A stretch of DNA of 64,000 nt from Lepidodermella squamata (taxonomy: Eukaryota > Animalia > Gastrotricha). The notes beneath the pieces were generated by a model that saw only the letters and a list, made by a program, of their open reading frames with translations, was not told the origin of the DNA and made no database searches. Shown piece after piece: positions 13,601-25,507 of the stretch. Position 1 is the stretch's first letter. Each line of letters starts with the position of its first letter. The stretch lies in the NCBI GenBank assembly GCA_047495785.1, contig JBLDXI010000020.1:2294001-2358000 (forward strand), written 5' to 3'. The position numbers and the translations under genes are program-made.

Positions 13601-16590
13601 CCATAGAATGTAGCATTACAAGTCGTGCAATGGGGCCCGGTCGTATGTTCTCGGCAATTCAGGCAGACACCGTCCGGTTCACTGCATTGCTCAGCCAGGC
13701 CGTTGCAGGCGCACTCTTGACATCTCGGGAAGCCGAAATAGCCGATTTGGCATTTATCGCACGTCCGGCCTTCAACCAGGTCATGACACGGACATTGGCC
13801 AGTCGTGTTGAAACAAGATCGGTGTAACGAGCCGAGGTCTGAACAACCGCATTCGATACAATCGATTGAACTACCCAGACGATAGGTATGGGGTGCGCAA
13901 CGTTCACACCGCCGGCCGATGTAGTTTTTGCGGCACGGGCACTGTCCACCTAAATGGTAGCACTCGTTCGACGCAGATCCTAACGGGTCACAGTCGCAGG
14001 GTAGCGCCGGGGTCATGCTGGCAACAACACTGAAAATCAATTTCTGACAAATAGGGCTCAAATCTGAAGCAGGGTCGTTGACATTGAACAGTGTTTCAGC
14101 ACATTTCTCGCGCGAGAATTCGTCTCGAATCGACTCCACCTCTGACGTAGTGACTTGAAACAACGGAATCTGCGATTGAGCCGGCATCAGAACGATCGAA
14201 TCAAGCTCTAGAAACAAATTTGACTCAGGTTGGCTGTTTTCCGGCAGCCGTAACGTCAGTCCGTATATCAGCTCGGGTTCCAGGCAAAATGTGCCGACTT
14301 TCATGCCGAGGAAGGCACCTTTCGTTGGGTTCAACTCGAAACCTGAGTACTCAAGGTCAATTTTGTCTTCTTCCGGCTTGACATTCGAGCAGATTCCAGC
14401 GCCTTCATAAGCTGGTTGAGTTCGATTCAGCTTGATTTCAAGTTGCCGCCATGGAAAACGGCCCTCGAGTTTGTAGCGAAGAACTACGTCGTAATGGGTC
14501 GGGAAAGGCACTCGGACATCGTTGAATTCCAGCGTAGTACCGTCCCAAATCAAAACATGACCAGTTCCAGTGTGTTGAGCTCGAACGCCCAGGGTATTTG
14601 GGCCAATTTCAACAGTTTTCGACCTGCCCTTTGTCTTCACAGCGTCTTCAGCCTCGAGACGTAACGAGTCAAGACTCGGGAGCCAGTAGCTTGATTCTGT
14701 CCGATTACAATTCCGACCGACAATATTAGGCCTGCAGCCGCATAGACCGGTGGTTAGATCGCATTGACTACCAAACGCGCCGCCCAAATCACAGTCACAA
14801 GGTAAGCAACCCTCGGTATCTTGCGGCATCGCTGTTTCTTCTGGCGGTTTCCAGTAGTGGTAGGAAACGCATTCTTGACACCGCTCGCCCATTACATTAC
14901 GTTTACAGGTGCAAACACCGGTTACTGGGTCGCACGGGGGAAGTTGAAGATCGTCTGACTCGCTTTCGCCTGATGAAGTCGCTGTTTCGAGCTCGGAAAT
15001 TCGCAGAACACCAGGCCAGTGGCAGTCACAGGCCTGGCAACCGTCCGCATTTTCCCGCGTCAAATTGTAAAAGCCACCTTTACATGTGTCACAACGAGGC
15101 CCGCCTACATTCGTCCGGCAATAGCAGCGACCAGCCTTGAGGCCCAGGGCTAAATTCGTCAGCCAATCGCATTCCTGTGACTGTCCAGCCGGGTCGCAAT
15201 CGCACGGTTGGCAGGCATCTTTTTCGAAGATTTGCCGTCCATCGACCAGGTAATAGTGCGGTTTACAGCGTTCGCAATGAATACCCTCGGTATTATCGCC
15301 GCAATCGTCGCAAACACCGCCGGACGTCAACCCACTAGCAGCATAAACTGAAGCATCGAAGTGACAGCGAGATGCGTGCTGGTTACAATTGCACTCTAGA
15401 AAATCCATCTTAATATTGTTTCAAAGCAATTTCGTTCAACTTACTTTTGCACTCGTTTGGATTAGCACCAATAGCAGGTCTCCAAGGCGCATCCCAATAG
15501 AAATCAGCGCATTGCTCGCAATTATTTCCTCGAGTATTGTGGGTACAGTTACAGCGGCCATAGACCATATTCGGCGTATCATGAGACAAGTTTTCCAGCG
15601 GAACGCAATTAGCAGCGTGACCGTAGCAAGAACAGCTGCCTCGGACGACCATGTTGTAAACGGCGTAGTAGTATTTCTCTTTCACTTCGCGTCGGTTATC
15701 GAGCAAATCGTCGCCGAGCGTGCGAAGTTTGGTGAAATTTATACGTAAATTAGTAATTTTCAACAAATTTTGCACTTCTTCAGCCCATGGGTTGCTCAAA
15801 TTTGCAGATGGTAATGCGCGAAACACAACTTCGCCATTAGATGACGGAGTTTCTGCTGAGTATCGCTCGTCGCATACAACCTCGGCGAAACTTGAAGGCT
15901 GCCCGACACGAACTCCAGGCCAAAACGCAGTGCAATTATCCGCAAAATACCGATAAACTTTCCAATTCCTGCCAAAATCTGAAGATCGTTCAATCAGCAT
16001 TGATTGAGGCCGAAAGGTCTAAAATTTACACGAAAAATGCACATCAATATGGGGGCAGTTGAACTCTGTGCATACCTTAAACCGCATCATCAAGTGAGTA
16101 AAATGAAATTCAGCCTCGAGGTCAAGTTGAACAGCAACTATTTCAACACCATTCTCTGACTGCCACCATCTATTTGGGTCTTTCTTATTTGGTGTCACAA
16201 TATTTTCAATCCGATGACTTCGCGTATTTCTCGAACTGTGATACGGCTTTGTTGAGTCGCACTGCATGCACTGTGGAGCTCGATGAAGCGGCTCCGAGCT
16301 GACAGTGCAAAATCGTTCTGGGCCATTCAGACCACACGTCGATGTGCTTCTTAGTTGTCTTTCGCGTCCTATCAACAAATCGCCGGTGGATGGGTAGCAT
16401 TGTTCGGCTTCGCAGCTTTTAGGAATCCATGAGGAGCGCGCGTGTAATCTACTGCCTACAGATCAAGGGAAAATAATTAAATAACAATTAAAAATGTGCG
16501 AATAAACATACCAGCTAATATCGAATCGAAAAGTGTTAAGAACACAATACAGCAAATCCACGTTGGTCTGTGTGTTACTAGATACAACAT
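4672..16590 (-). CDS. LAMB1: Laminin subunit beta (exons ~16590-16512, 16455-16076, 16018-15445, 15395-12856, 6849-4672)
   Basis: Signal peptide, LN domain (CYPSTGDLLIGR, WWQSENG, LDLEAEFHFTHL, YYYAVYNMVVRGSCSCYGHA), LE repeats, LF domain, coiled coil ending HATC. Splicing across the 6-kb intron joins CADGK|WGNP in frame. Confidence 0.95.
7718..7983. mobile_element. Foldback MITE with internal AGCTC/CAGCT repeats
   Basis: TIR CTTCGTTATTTAAGTAnCAAGCTCAGCTT at both ends. It sits between fragments of the pogo-type MITE family also seen at 32719. Confidence 0.8.
7990..8098 (-). mobile_element. Partial pogo/Tc2-type MITE (family of 32719-33097)
   Basis: Ends TTTTCGGGCAGTACGG and carries ATTTGAGGC repeats matching the reverse complement of 32719-32830. 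Confidence 0.65.
8389..8940. mobile_element. Non-autonomous DNA transposon with 8-bp TSD and GG termini (Merlin- or MULE-like)
   Basis: TSD TCTAGCAT at 8381-8388 and 8941-8948. TIR GGnnnnnTCTTTTTTCATCTTGCCAAACATC. Confidence 0.85.
10050..11185 (+). mobile_element. 5'-truncated CR1/L2-group LINE with uninterrupted C-terminal RT ORF (10060-11148)
   Basis: GVPQGSVLGPLLFLIYIND, LFADD, VRPLLEYA, RGH, FFLNRIVNVWNDLP. (ATT)n tail. Possible TSD ATAAAAT at 10043 and 11186. Confidence 0.95.
11533..11682 (+). repeat. ~15-bp tandem array (GGGCGCAAA core), probable transposon subterminal repeat
   Basis: About 9-10 degenerate copies of nnTGGGCGCAAAnnn. Confidence 0.7.
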
Positions 16591-16695
16591 GGAAAATGCT
16601 AACACCTAAGCAAAGAAAATACGTTGAATCATGACATTTAGCGATGAGCGATTAAACCGATTTACTCGGAACAAGCAGCAAAAATACTTAAAATC

Positions 16696-17463
16696 CTAAA
16701 GCATTCTACTCTTGGCCATTCGACGTTTTTCCCTCAAAGAGGCTTCAGACGAGCCATCGTTTTCATCCCAACTTTTTCCCATCAGAAGGTTGTAATAAGC
16801 GGGTTTGGCGAAATATTCTGGATCGAGGTAATAGTAGCTATTTCGAATTTTAGCAGATCCGGTGTATAACGCGGAAAAATAGCTCGAGTTCGGAAAATGC
16901 TTCACATCTTTCGGAGTAAACGAAATTCGCTGGTGACTTAGAAACATGGACAATTTGATCAGTTTAAACTCATTCGAATTTGGGTTAAGATATATCCGCA
17001 GAGGCGAGCGGCGAAGAATTCCTCTAGTCGATAGTACAACAATTAGTGAGAAAATACAAGTGCAAAATGCGGCCGGTAACGGATCAACATCGATGTCAGC
17101 GAATGACGACAGCAGATCAGCCGAATGAACATAGACATAATGCCCACACAGTCCTAGCAATAGCAAACCAAGAACTTGCACTGACAAGTAGGTAACGACG
17201 AGGCGGGTGCCGTTGGGGGCACGATAAATCAGGATATTATCAGCTGATACATTATCCTTTAACCGCAATTTTTCAAGCTTCGAGTCTTTAGCAAGAAACT
17301 TCAATTCGGGAAACTCATTTGTAGCTTCGCCGTCGCCAGTGATTTTCTCGATATTTCGAAACTTCGGCGGTGCACACTTAACAGCCGACGAAGACAGTGG
17401 GGTAGCCCAGATGCGATTAAAACCACCGCATGGCAAACGGAAAGATCGCAATGCTAACAACAT
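16696..17463 (-). CDS. Intronless two-TM mitochondrial-type protein, TMEM70/186/223-like
   Basis: Arg/Ser/Leu-rich N-terminus resembling a presequence (MLLALRSFRL...), two hydrophobic helices, IYRAP and PLRIY motifs, C-terminal YLDPEYF..PAYYNLLMG similar to TMEM70-clan tails. Confidence 0.6.
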   Translation of the reverse strand: MLLALRSFRLPCGGFNRIWATPLSSSAVKCAPPKFRNIEKITGDGEATNEFPELKFLAKDSKLEKLRLKDNVSADNILIYRAPNGTRLVVTYLSVQVLGLLLLGLCGHYVYVHSADLLSSFADIDVDPLPAAFCTCIFSLIVVLSTRGILRRSPLRIYLNPNSNEFKLIKLSMFLSHQRISFTPKDVKHFPNSSYFSALYTGSAKIRNSYYYLDPEYFAKPAYYNLLMGKSWDENDGSSEASLREKRRMAKSRML

Positions 17464-18699
17464 TCGAAGATTCAAGTCTAGAAGACAAGATGGAAAACGT
17501 GCAGCAGCACTTAATTATCGTTATAAGAGTGAAAAAAGGGGAAAATAATAGAAATGAAAAGAGTGAGAGATAATCACAAAAAAGACTTACGAAGTAAAAC
17601 CGTAGAAACGTTCTTAGAGATTCTTTCATCCGACTTGTGAATAAAATCACAGACAAAAGGAAACTGCCCAGAGCTGAGCAGCTGGATACTGAGGAATATA
17701 AAACTTACAGAGACGAACAACAGAGCAAAGATCAAAGATCAAATTCTATCTTTATCTTGAGTCTTGAGTAAAAAAATAATTCCGCAATCTTCAATGTTGA
17801 CATTAACAAAACCACATCAGTGGCAACCGATCTTTCAGGGCTAGAAATCGTGGCATATAACGTGACATTTCGCCATGCTTCCTAAAGGCTAGAAGCTAAC
17901 GTCTTCGTGATGAGAGCAGGTGACAGTCTTTGGTCGGGATCTCAAAAGTTTAAGAGAAAAACCCCCACAGCTGCAAGGTCCTCCGAAAACCCTTTTAAGC
18001 GCGCGGGTTTTCGAAGTTTGAATTTTTTCGCTAAAAATTATTTATTGAAAATATACCACAAAATGTAATTATAATTTTAAATTAAACTAAAAAATTGCCA
18101 CTTACTTATGATTTTTTCCGCATGCTTTTCCAAGGTCAAAAGATAACCAGAATCTGACTCCGCACTGAGACAAACGTGTTACTAGAAAAGAGAATCCCAA
18201 TGAAAACAGCTCCGCGAAGGCTTTCAGTCGAAGAATGAAGAGGTCCGAAACCTGTTCTGGCCCAACTATACAACGGCATCAAATCTCTGATGGCGCTGAC
18301 GCCCCCATCCTCATACCACTCGCCATTCTGAGCGGCGATTATGCTAATCCTTTTACGATAGCCCTTAGTAACTAAATGCTAAACTCGTTTGGAGTCAAAT
18401 AATGTGAATACTTGTTTAGTACTTCAGTCCTTCTGCAAGGATTCGCTATAAGTATATGGCTCCCGCACAGCGTGATGTTCTTGCCGAATGAGTAATTACT
18501 TTTTGCTATTGCTATTTAGTGTAATATTCAAGGTACTAACTGCTTGACGATGTTATCTAGTCTTCTCATTCTTCAAAATACTTGATTCTGCTGAACAGTG
18601 AATTCGTCTTTAAATTGTATCTCGGCTAACGCTGGCTGAAAAAGTCAGTTTTAAATCTAAATTGAATGAAGGTACCTGGCTAACTGACCCTTCGTTACT

Positions 18700-19410
18700 G
18701 GCTGGGTGATGGGTGACTGGGCTTTAAATCCATCGGCATATATCCTCCTATTATGAAAGGTTAACTCCGGTACTTGCGGCGCTGACACCTCCTGTTTACT
18801 AATTACTGTTTACCTTCTTCTCAAGTTGATTTGGCCGCTTCAAGAATAATTATGTGGCGTGCCAGTCCACGTCTTCTACTATTATTTCAATCGAGTTTGA
18901 CCCATCTTTCTTGGGTCGTCCTCGAGAGCCGTCGGTTTTTTTCTTAATAGTTGTTTTCGATGTGAGGCTTACTTTAATTAGGCTTCTTTCTACGCATTTC
19001 AACCAATAAATTTGAGGTTTTCCTACTGGCCTGACCCAACCTTCTAGGGTCTGCCATCTATATATGTCGTACACTGAGCCGGGTTCGAAAGGCTTTCCGT
19101 TTTTGTCTACATAGGTCTGAATCCTCATTATGTGACCAGAATAATTTAGACGTTGTTTTTTTATTAATCTACTCACTTCTATCACGCCGCTATCATTGGT
19201 TTGAAGATCCTAGTGTGTCTAACTCACTGAAAATATCTATTTCTTGTTTTTTCTGTAGTCGTTTAACCATTTTGTTTCTAACATTTCTGATTTTGGTGTA
19301 GTCTGCTTTGGGAATTAGCCCTTTTTGGTATTTGGCGAAACTTTCTTTTGTTGCCTTACAAATATCATATGCCTCTGAATGCCACCAGGGCGGTTTTTCT
19401 CTCAACTGCC
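18700..19410 (-). mobile_element. RTE-like LINE remnant, internally deleted
   Basis: PPWW linker segment followed directly by the C-terminal RLNYSGHIMR...GWVRPVGKP..W...VERSL region. The RT core is missing. Confidence 0.75.
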
Positions 19411-19419
19411 CTATCTTTT

Positions 19420-20560
19420 TTCACCTCACGCTTTCCTTGCCGCATCTACAGTCGGAGAGAAAATCGCCAAATCCTTACCAACGCCTACAATGAAACACCG
19501 CGCATCTAGTATCGATTGTGCCTTCGAGTTTCGCAAAATCACGGAAGGAGATTTGATTGAAAGTGCGAACCCTCGAACAAGAAGACTGCTGGCAACGATG
19601 GCATTCCTGAATTTGTTCTACGAGACAGCATTAATGGCCCAGCCATGAACGCCGCCTTGGTCTCCCTGTTCAACGGCACTCTCAAAGGTGATCCACTTCC
19701 AGAAGACTGGAAAACCAGTGTTGTAACACTAATCTATAAGTCTGGCGAGAAACAACTGCCTGAGAATTACCATCCTATCTCGATCCTACCTGGATGCCTG
19801 AAACTCTTCGAACGTTGCCTCGGTGAACAACTGAAACCTCACCTGAACAGCTTCCTGTCAAAATACCAGTCCGGCTTTCGCAAACACCACTCGACAAGCG
19901 GCTGTCTGGTATTGCTTGCTGAGAAGTGGCTCGTAAACAAGTACGTCGCCACTGCCATCAAAGGCGTTCGATTCGCTTGACTCTGCTGGCGCTTCCGAAG
20001 CGCCAGTCGAGCTATTCAAGCCGAGAACAGGAGTCAACCCCGGACTCAGCAGTGCCGATAACGGCAGCCTCAAAGATACGCTGTCCGACAGTGCCACTGA
20101 AGATCGAACCGTCATCCGTGGTTCAAAGGCCAGGGGCAAGGCCGACCCCTTCATCCGCAAGCTTACCAGCTCAAAAGCCTGTCGCAAAGCCGCCTACTTG
20201 CTGCAATTCTTCATCGAGCAGGTGTCTGAATGGACCAAATAGAACCTCTATTTTTAATTTATTTTTGTATCACATTTTGCCATCTCTGCGCCTAACATCG
20301 AATTATCGGTGACAGGCCAAACTTTCAACCCAAGAATCACCAGAATTGGTGTCAGGGTCTAGCATCCATCCTTCCATCAACATCTATCTAACATCGATCT
20401 TAAAATCAATAAGTTTTTTCTCAAACCTAATCTTCCTTCTACTCGACATCATTTTTGTAAGAAACTAACTGTGCCTCAACATTCATCTTGCCCTAGGGGC
20501 TTCAGCTTTGCTGTTAGAAAAGCCAAATTATGGCATCTATTGGGAAAAAGGCGAGCCCTT
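19420..20560 (+). mobile_element. L2/CR1-like LINE remnant, internally deleted
   Basis: GNDGIP, DWKTSVVTLIYKSG, NYHPISIL, QSGFRKHHST, then a jump to degenerate 3' sequence with no YADD region. Confidence 0.8.
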
Positions 20561-20872
20561 GCAAATTCGGCCTCAATTAAATGAAAAGTATCTTATCTAA
20601 TGTATGCATGTCTTGGGCGCATCATCCCAGAATAACTATACACGGGTATACTTTCACGGTCGCCCAACTTCTGCGCTCGATCCTCATGTTGCTAATTTAT
20701 GTTTCCATTGACGAATGCTGTTCTTCTTTTATACAATTTGAAAACCTTCTTCTCAAGTTGAAATGAAGGTTTCAAGAATGTGAATCAACAATTTATGCTG
20801 CTCTTCAATCATTCCATTCGATTTTGATGTTTAGATTTTTACTCGACAAATCATTTGTGCAGCTGGAGGTGA

Positions 20873-23800
20873 ATGGAAAATTCTGCATCTAAGGGAGCTG
20901 ACGGACAGTCAGCCTACGATTCCAATTACCCTCCTCTGAGTGGATATTCGGGTCCTCCCCAAGTTCAGGGTAGCGATAAATCTGTGACATCGATTACTCC
21001 GTGGTCATCCGCTCCTACCTCTGCAAATCCCTACGCGCCTCAGCAGTCGTGGTACGATACGTATTACTACCAGCAGCAGCCGATTGGAAGTGTTACATCT
21101 GATCAGAATCTCATGCAATCTGCAAACGAATCAGGTATAATTTCTAGGCCCAGCTATAATAATAATAGTTTTATTTAAGCCTCTCCATGACTGAAGCGTC
21201 ATTACCGTTTCCGGTTTTGAAGAGGGCGAAGGCAGACAAAGAGAAATTCTTAGCCACCCCCACACTTGAAGATCTTGCTTTTTCCGAAAAATTCATAGTT
21301 TTCAATCGAGTTAACAATCATGCGCCATTCATCTTTTTCAAAAGACACCATTTCAGCTATTAGTTGAAAATTGGGTATAATTTTAATTTCAAACTCCTTT
21401 TCGCCGGATTTTCCTTCCCTTTATTCTTTGGCGTTTTGCCCTTCTTATCCTTGGCCTTATTCTCAGTGCTAGTTTTCTTTTTCCGGCGTAATTCCTTAGT
21501 CACTCCTACTTTAATCAAGCTTCTATGCACTCCGTGGATCCATCTAGTTCGGGGTCGTCCTCTACAGGGTGGCCAAAAAATTGGGCAGAAGGCGAATTCG
21601 ATGCGCATCAATTTAATGAGGATTTTCAAGAAATTGAGGAGTTCCATTGGCAAAAGAATGCTTGAAATTCTTCAACTTCTTAAAACTCCTCATTAAATTG
21701 ATACGCATCGAATTCGCCTTCTGCCCAATTTTTTGGCCACCCTGTAGGTGCAAACCATCCCAACGGAGGCGTCCAAATATAAATTTTGTTAATTAGTCCT
21801 TCCTCGTCGTAGTCACGTGTTTTTCAACTGCGACTCATTTCAATGAGACCTCCGCATAGAGCCAGCCTTATGTCTATGTTAGGAATGTAGTCCATTAGGT
21901 GGACGCCTACTATTGATCGGAGCCAACGATATTCTATAGTATTTAATCTGTTTTCTTGGGCTACCGATATGTTCCATGATTCGCACGCGTAAATGATAAG
22001 GTATTATTACACATGTCAATACCTTCGGCTTTGTTGCTATGGAAGCCTGATTTTTGTTGCACATAAATTTATTCATGTCTCCGAAAACACTGCCCGCTTT
22101 GGAAATCCTATAGTTCAGTTCCTCGTCGATTTTGCCGTCACTAGTAATAATACTGCCTAAATATTTGAATTTCGTCACTTTTTCAAGTTTTTTCCCGTTT
22201 AGTTCCAATTCGTGATTTTGTGCAGCCGACTCGTCCTTGGAAATAATCATATATTGAGTTTTTGCCACGTTGATTTTCAAACCCAATTCGGTGCAAGCCA
22301 AATCGAAAATATTATGTAGTCGTGAAATTTCGTTATGGTTCATGCCTAAAAGTGTCCCATCGTCAGCAAAAGCTAGTAGATTTAAGAAATCGGTCTCTCC
22401 CGTGGCGGTCTCGCCAATAGGAAAGCCTATTTTTTCAGCAGCTATTTTTTCGCAAATTTTGTTGAAAGTCGCTATGAATAGCAAAGGGGATAGCGGGAAA
22501 CCTTGTCTTAAACCCCTAGTTACATAGAAGAACTCTGAGAGCTCAGAATCTACTCTAACAGCGATTTCATTAATTTTATATAGACTTTGAATAGGTATAT
22601 AGATCAAACTGGGATCTACGCCCATGATTTGGAGGGCGGCCCATACTTTTTCTCTGTCGACCAGATCATAGGCTTTTTCGAGGTCTATGAAAACTAAATG
22701 TAGTTCTTTCTTAAACAACATAATTTTTTCGCAGGACATAAATGCAGTCTCTGGTGCCCTTAAGGGGCTGAAAACCGAATTGGAATTTAGAGATTTTTGA
22801 ACCAATCAAAGCTCTTAATTTTTGTTCAAGGATAATGGCATACAATGGCCTCTGTAATTTTGACATTTTGATGTCTCACCTTTGTTTTTATAAATTATCG
22901 CCGTTGACCATTCTTCAGGGACCCTCTTATTCTTATCAGTCCAAGCTCTATTCAGAATTTCCTTGAGCCATTCAATATTGGCCTCGCTTAAGGCCTTAAT
23001 CATTTCGGGTTTAATTTCATCTATCTCCGGGGCTTTACCGTTTTTCATGTGGTTGATAGCGTTTTTAATTTCGGTGAGAGTAATTTCAGTTAAATTTGGA
23101 TTTTCACCGAAGAAAATGTCGCTATCGGGGTTATTGGGTTCGTTTTCAAGCCCTTGCAAAATATCCATAAAATAAGATTTTATAACTTCCAAAATTTAGG
23201 CCCAGCTGTTGTTGATAAAGCCTTAAATTTTTTTCGTTGCTTCCAGATCAGTCTCGCTACAATCCTGTTGGCTCGCAATCTCAACAGGGGAGAGCAACCG
23301 GTGGTAGCTTTCTGCGTGGCCGCGGACGTGGGCAAATTCAGTTTAATCTGATGTCAACTAAAGCTACTAAACCCACTTCCAACGCCCCGAGCGTCTTCGA
23401 GCAACCAAGTGCAGCGGAAGGCTCCTCGCCTACCCCGGGAAATAACACAGCCGATGAATGGGCCAATGCTGTAAACAAACCTAAACGGAAATCGCGTTGG
23501 GCTGAAGGCAGTACCCCACCAAATGCTCAAGCCCAACAATCGAACTCAGAGCAGACTACAGTTGACAACAGCGAAGCTTTGAGTAACTATATGGTCCGAG
23601 TATTCGCCGCTTACCCAAAGAAGGAAGATGCCGATAGAGTTCAACAGATTTTAATGGACAAAATCGACGAAGCTTCACGCAATGGAGTTCTCCAAAAGTT
23701 GGACTTCTCCAAAGACCCTTTCAACATTCTTCCAAATGTTTTCGAGTCCACTTCGAATTTCGGCTCAGCTAGCCGCGGCAGGGGTAGAAAACTTGGCCGT

Positions 23801-25507
23801 GGTGGTGTGACTGTTCCTACCCCGAAAGCTGTTCTATCATCATCGTATTACGACGATGATCGTTTCAATGTTGGTCTAGCTAAAAACCGGTCAGAGGCTG
23901 AAACCAATCGAAATAGGGGCCGAGGTCGTTTCCGAGACAGCAGCTCTGAGAGCACTGACACTCGAAGCTCCACCTCCAGCTCTCGCGAGTTACCTAAAAG
24001 GTTAATTTCTGTTTTAAAATGTTCGCTATTTTAATTCAAATTTATGTTATCCAAAAAAAGATCTAAAAAAAGCGCGAAGTCGAGTCGATTTATGGCTGAT
24101 GACGAAAGCCCCGATAGGGATCAACCTAAGTCGGCGCGGCAAACTAAGCGCATGAGAAAGCAAGATTATTTTACCAATTATTTAAACACCTTTTAACTTT
24201 TTGCAATTTCAGAGTTGAGCAACAAGATTCTTCGCCATTCATGCTATCATCTGGCAAATCTCTCTCAGCTCCCAATTCAGCCGAAGGTGCTAGGGCTCGT
24301 CTCAGCCATGGTATTTTGCAACCGCGTGGTGCTGGTCGCGGAGGTCGGGCGAAAGGTTGGCGATTGACGCCCGAAGCTCTTGCCACTCACAATACTAATC
24401 TTTCAAAACGCGCGATGCGGTTTGCGGGATGTGCTGATGCGGACGACGCTTTTGACGCCCAAGGCAACGAATTCAGCATTGAACTGGCGTTATCCACCCC
24501 AATCATCGGTACCTGCGTTGATCTCGAGAAGCGCTACTACCGTTTGACAAAAGCCCCGGAAGCTGCGACAGTTCGCCCGGTTGAGGTGCTTAAAAAATCT
24601 GTGGAATTGGTGAAAAAGCGGTGGCTAAGCGACCACAACTACTCGTATTGTTGCGAACAACTGAAATCGATTCGGCAAGATCTGACCGTGCAATGTGTTC
24701 GAGATGAATTTGCCGTATCTATCTACGAGCTGCACGCAAGACTGGCACTTGAAAACAAAGATCACGAAGAATTTAATCAGGTTTTTATTTTTTATAAAAA
24801 TTGCGAATTTATGTTGGATTTACTAATTTTTTCTTTTATTAGTGTCAAACTCAACTTCGAGCCATGTACAAAGATGGAACTGGGAGTCGCCATCGATTGG
24901 AATTTACTGCCTACCGGTTTTTGTATTATTGTTTTACTAATAGCCCGCTCGGTTTGTCGAAATCATTTATTTTAAGGTGGAATTTTTATCGATTTAATTG
25001 CAGATATTATTCACGAAATGGCTGTTTTGACGGAGGAGGAAAAGAAGGATGAGTGCATTTCCCATGCCCTTGAAACGGTTTCTGCGTGGAATACTCAGAA
25101 CCACACGCGGTTTTTCAAGCTTTATAGCAATGCCCCTAAAATGTCGTCATTCCTGATTGGTTGGTTCATCGACCGGCAGCGGAGAAAAGCTCTCGGAGCT
25201 ATCGTGAAAGCGTACGTTTTATTCTTGGGGTTCTTTGTGCCCCTCTGAGATTTTTATCAAAATTTTTGATTGACGATTATATTTTGACGAGTTTTTTTTA
25301 TTTTATAATTGTATAACTTTTTCATGTTTTTGTGCCCTTATGCGTATGCCGCATGTCAGTTTTCGGCCAACCCTCGGCGTTGACTTGATCAGCCAAAAGC
25401 TGGCTTTCGATGACGAAGACGCGTGCCACGCGTTTCTTGTTGAAAATAACTGCGTCTTCACGGCCGACGGGCGCAGCGTAGATTTGAAGCTGAGTGATAA
25501 AAAATGA
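20873..25507 (+). CDS. LENG8: LENG8/Thp3-like SAC3/GANP-domain protein (exons ~20873-21134, 23247-24000, 24061-24159, 24213-24780, 24843-24950, 25003-25211, 25359-25507)
   Basis: [70 protein letters not shown]-rich N-terminal half. Confidence 0.92.
21156..23196 (-). mobile_element. 5'-truncated RTE-clade LINE in the first coding intron of LENG8
   Basis: [39 protein letters not shown]. 11-bp TSD TAGGCCCAGCT at 21145-21155 and 23197-23207. Frameshifted. Confidence 0.95.
21565..21744. mobile_element. Tc1/mariner-type foldback MITE nested in the RTE
   Basis: Near-perfect long inverted repeat CAGGGTGGCCAAAAAATTGGGCAGAAGGCGAATTCG..., with TA on both sides. Confidence 0.92.

Noticed and set aside
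18228-18260. Hammerhead-like ATGAAGAGGTCCGAAAC
   Set aside because: It lacks the invariant CUGA core and I could not build stems I and III.
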